Shown one piece after another: positions 63,876 to 64,000 of a DNA stretch of 64,000 bases. The notes beneath the pieces were generated by a model that saw only the letters and a program-made list of their open reading frames with translations, was not told the origin of the DNA and did not search any database. Positions within the stretch are counted from its first letter, which is position 1, and every line of letters starts with the position of its first letter. Origin of the DNA: Atractiella rhizophila (Eukaryota); contig MU271198.1 in assembly GCA_021432655.1 (NCBI GenBank), positions 1-64,000 of the forward strand, given 5' to 3'. The position numbers and the translations under genes were made by a program.

Positions 63876-64000
63876 TTTCGTGTTGCTCTTCGATCTCTTG
63901 GAAGAAGTTTTCTCCTCTAAGCAACTCAGGCACGTGCATCCTCCCTGATGTGGGAAGCGGGCGGTTTCCCGTGAGATCGGAAAGAAGAGGAGGCAGCTAA

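Noticed and set aside
1..64000. Prokaryotic features (CRISPR, operons), rRNA and tRNA genes
   Set aside because: The sequence is spliceosomal-intron-rich fungal DNA and none were recognised; a tRNAscan/Infernal run would be needed to exclude small RNAs

Overview
Intron-rich eukaryotic DNA from a fungus, most likely a basidiomycete: about 50-nt GT-AG introns with CTRAC/CTAAC-type branch points, micro-exons and compact intergenic regions. About 22 genes are recognisable: TOP3, a MIT-like unknown gene, a two-domain amidohydrolase, POL1, EAF6, a Zn2Cys6 transcription factor, a small basic/acidic unknown protein, NOT4, VPS55, a hexose transporter, a branched-chain aminotransferase, a PX-domain protein, an FHA-forkhead factor, a PL14 lyase, a GT90/CAP10-like transferase, two SDRs, CDC20, twinfilin, a GPI-type secreted protein and ATG10. 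The most striking structure is seven near-perfect head-to-tail tandem duplications (periods 3685, 96, 170, 1479, 526, 785 and 324 bp; about 7 kb or 11% of the window). Every junction has an A on the + strand, and that A is non-templated in four of them. All 7 coding differences I found between copies are synonymous. The simplest reading is allelic haplotypes of a heterozygous/dikaryotic genome joined across one-base gaps (N converted to A) during assembly; a real duplication process cannot be excluded without reads. I found no convincing novel biological system, mobile element, CRISPR array or RNA gene. Exon boundaries and copy comparisons were read by eye.
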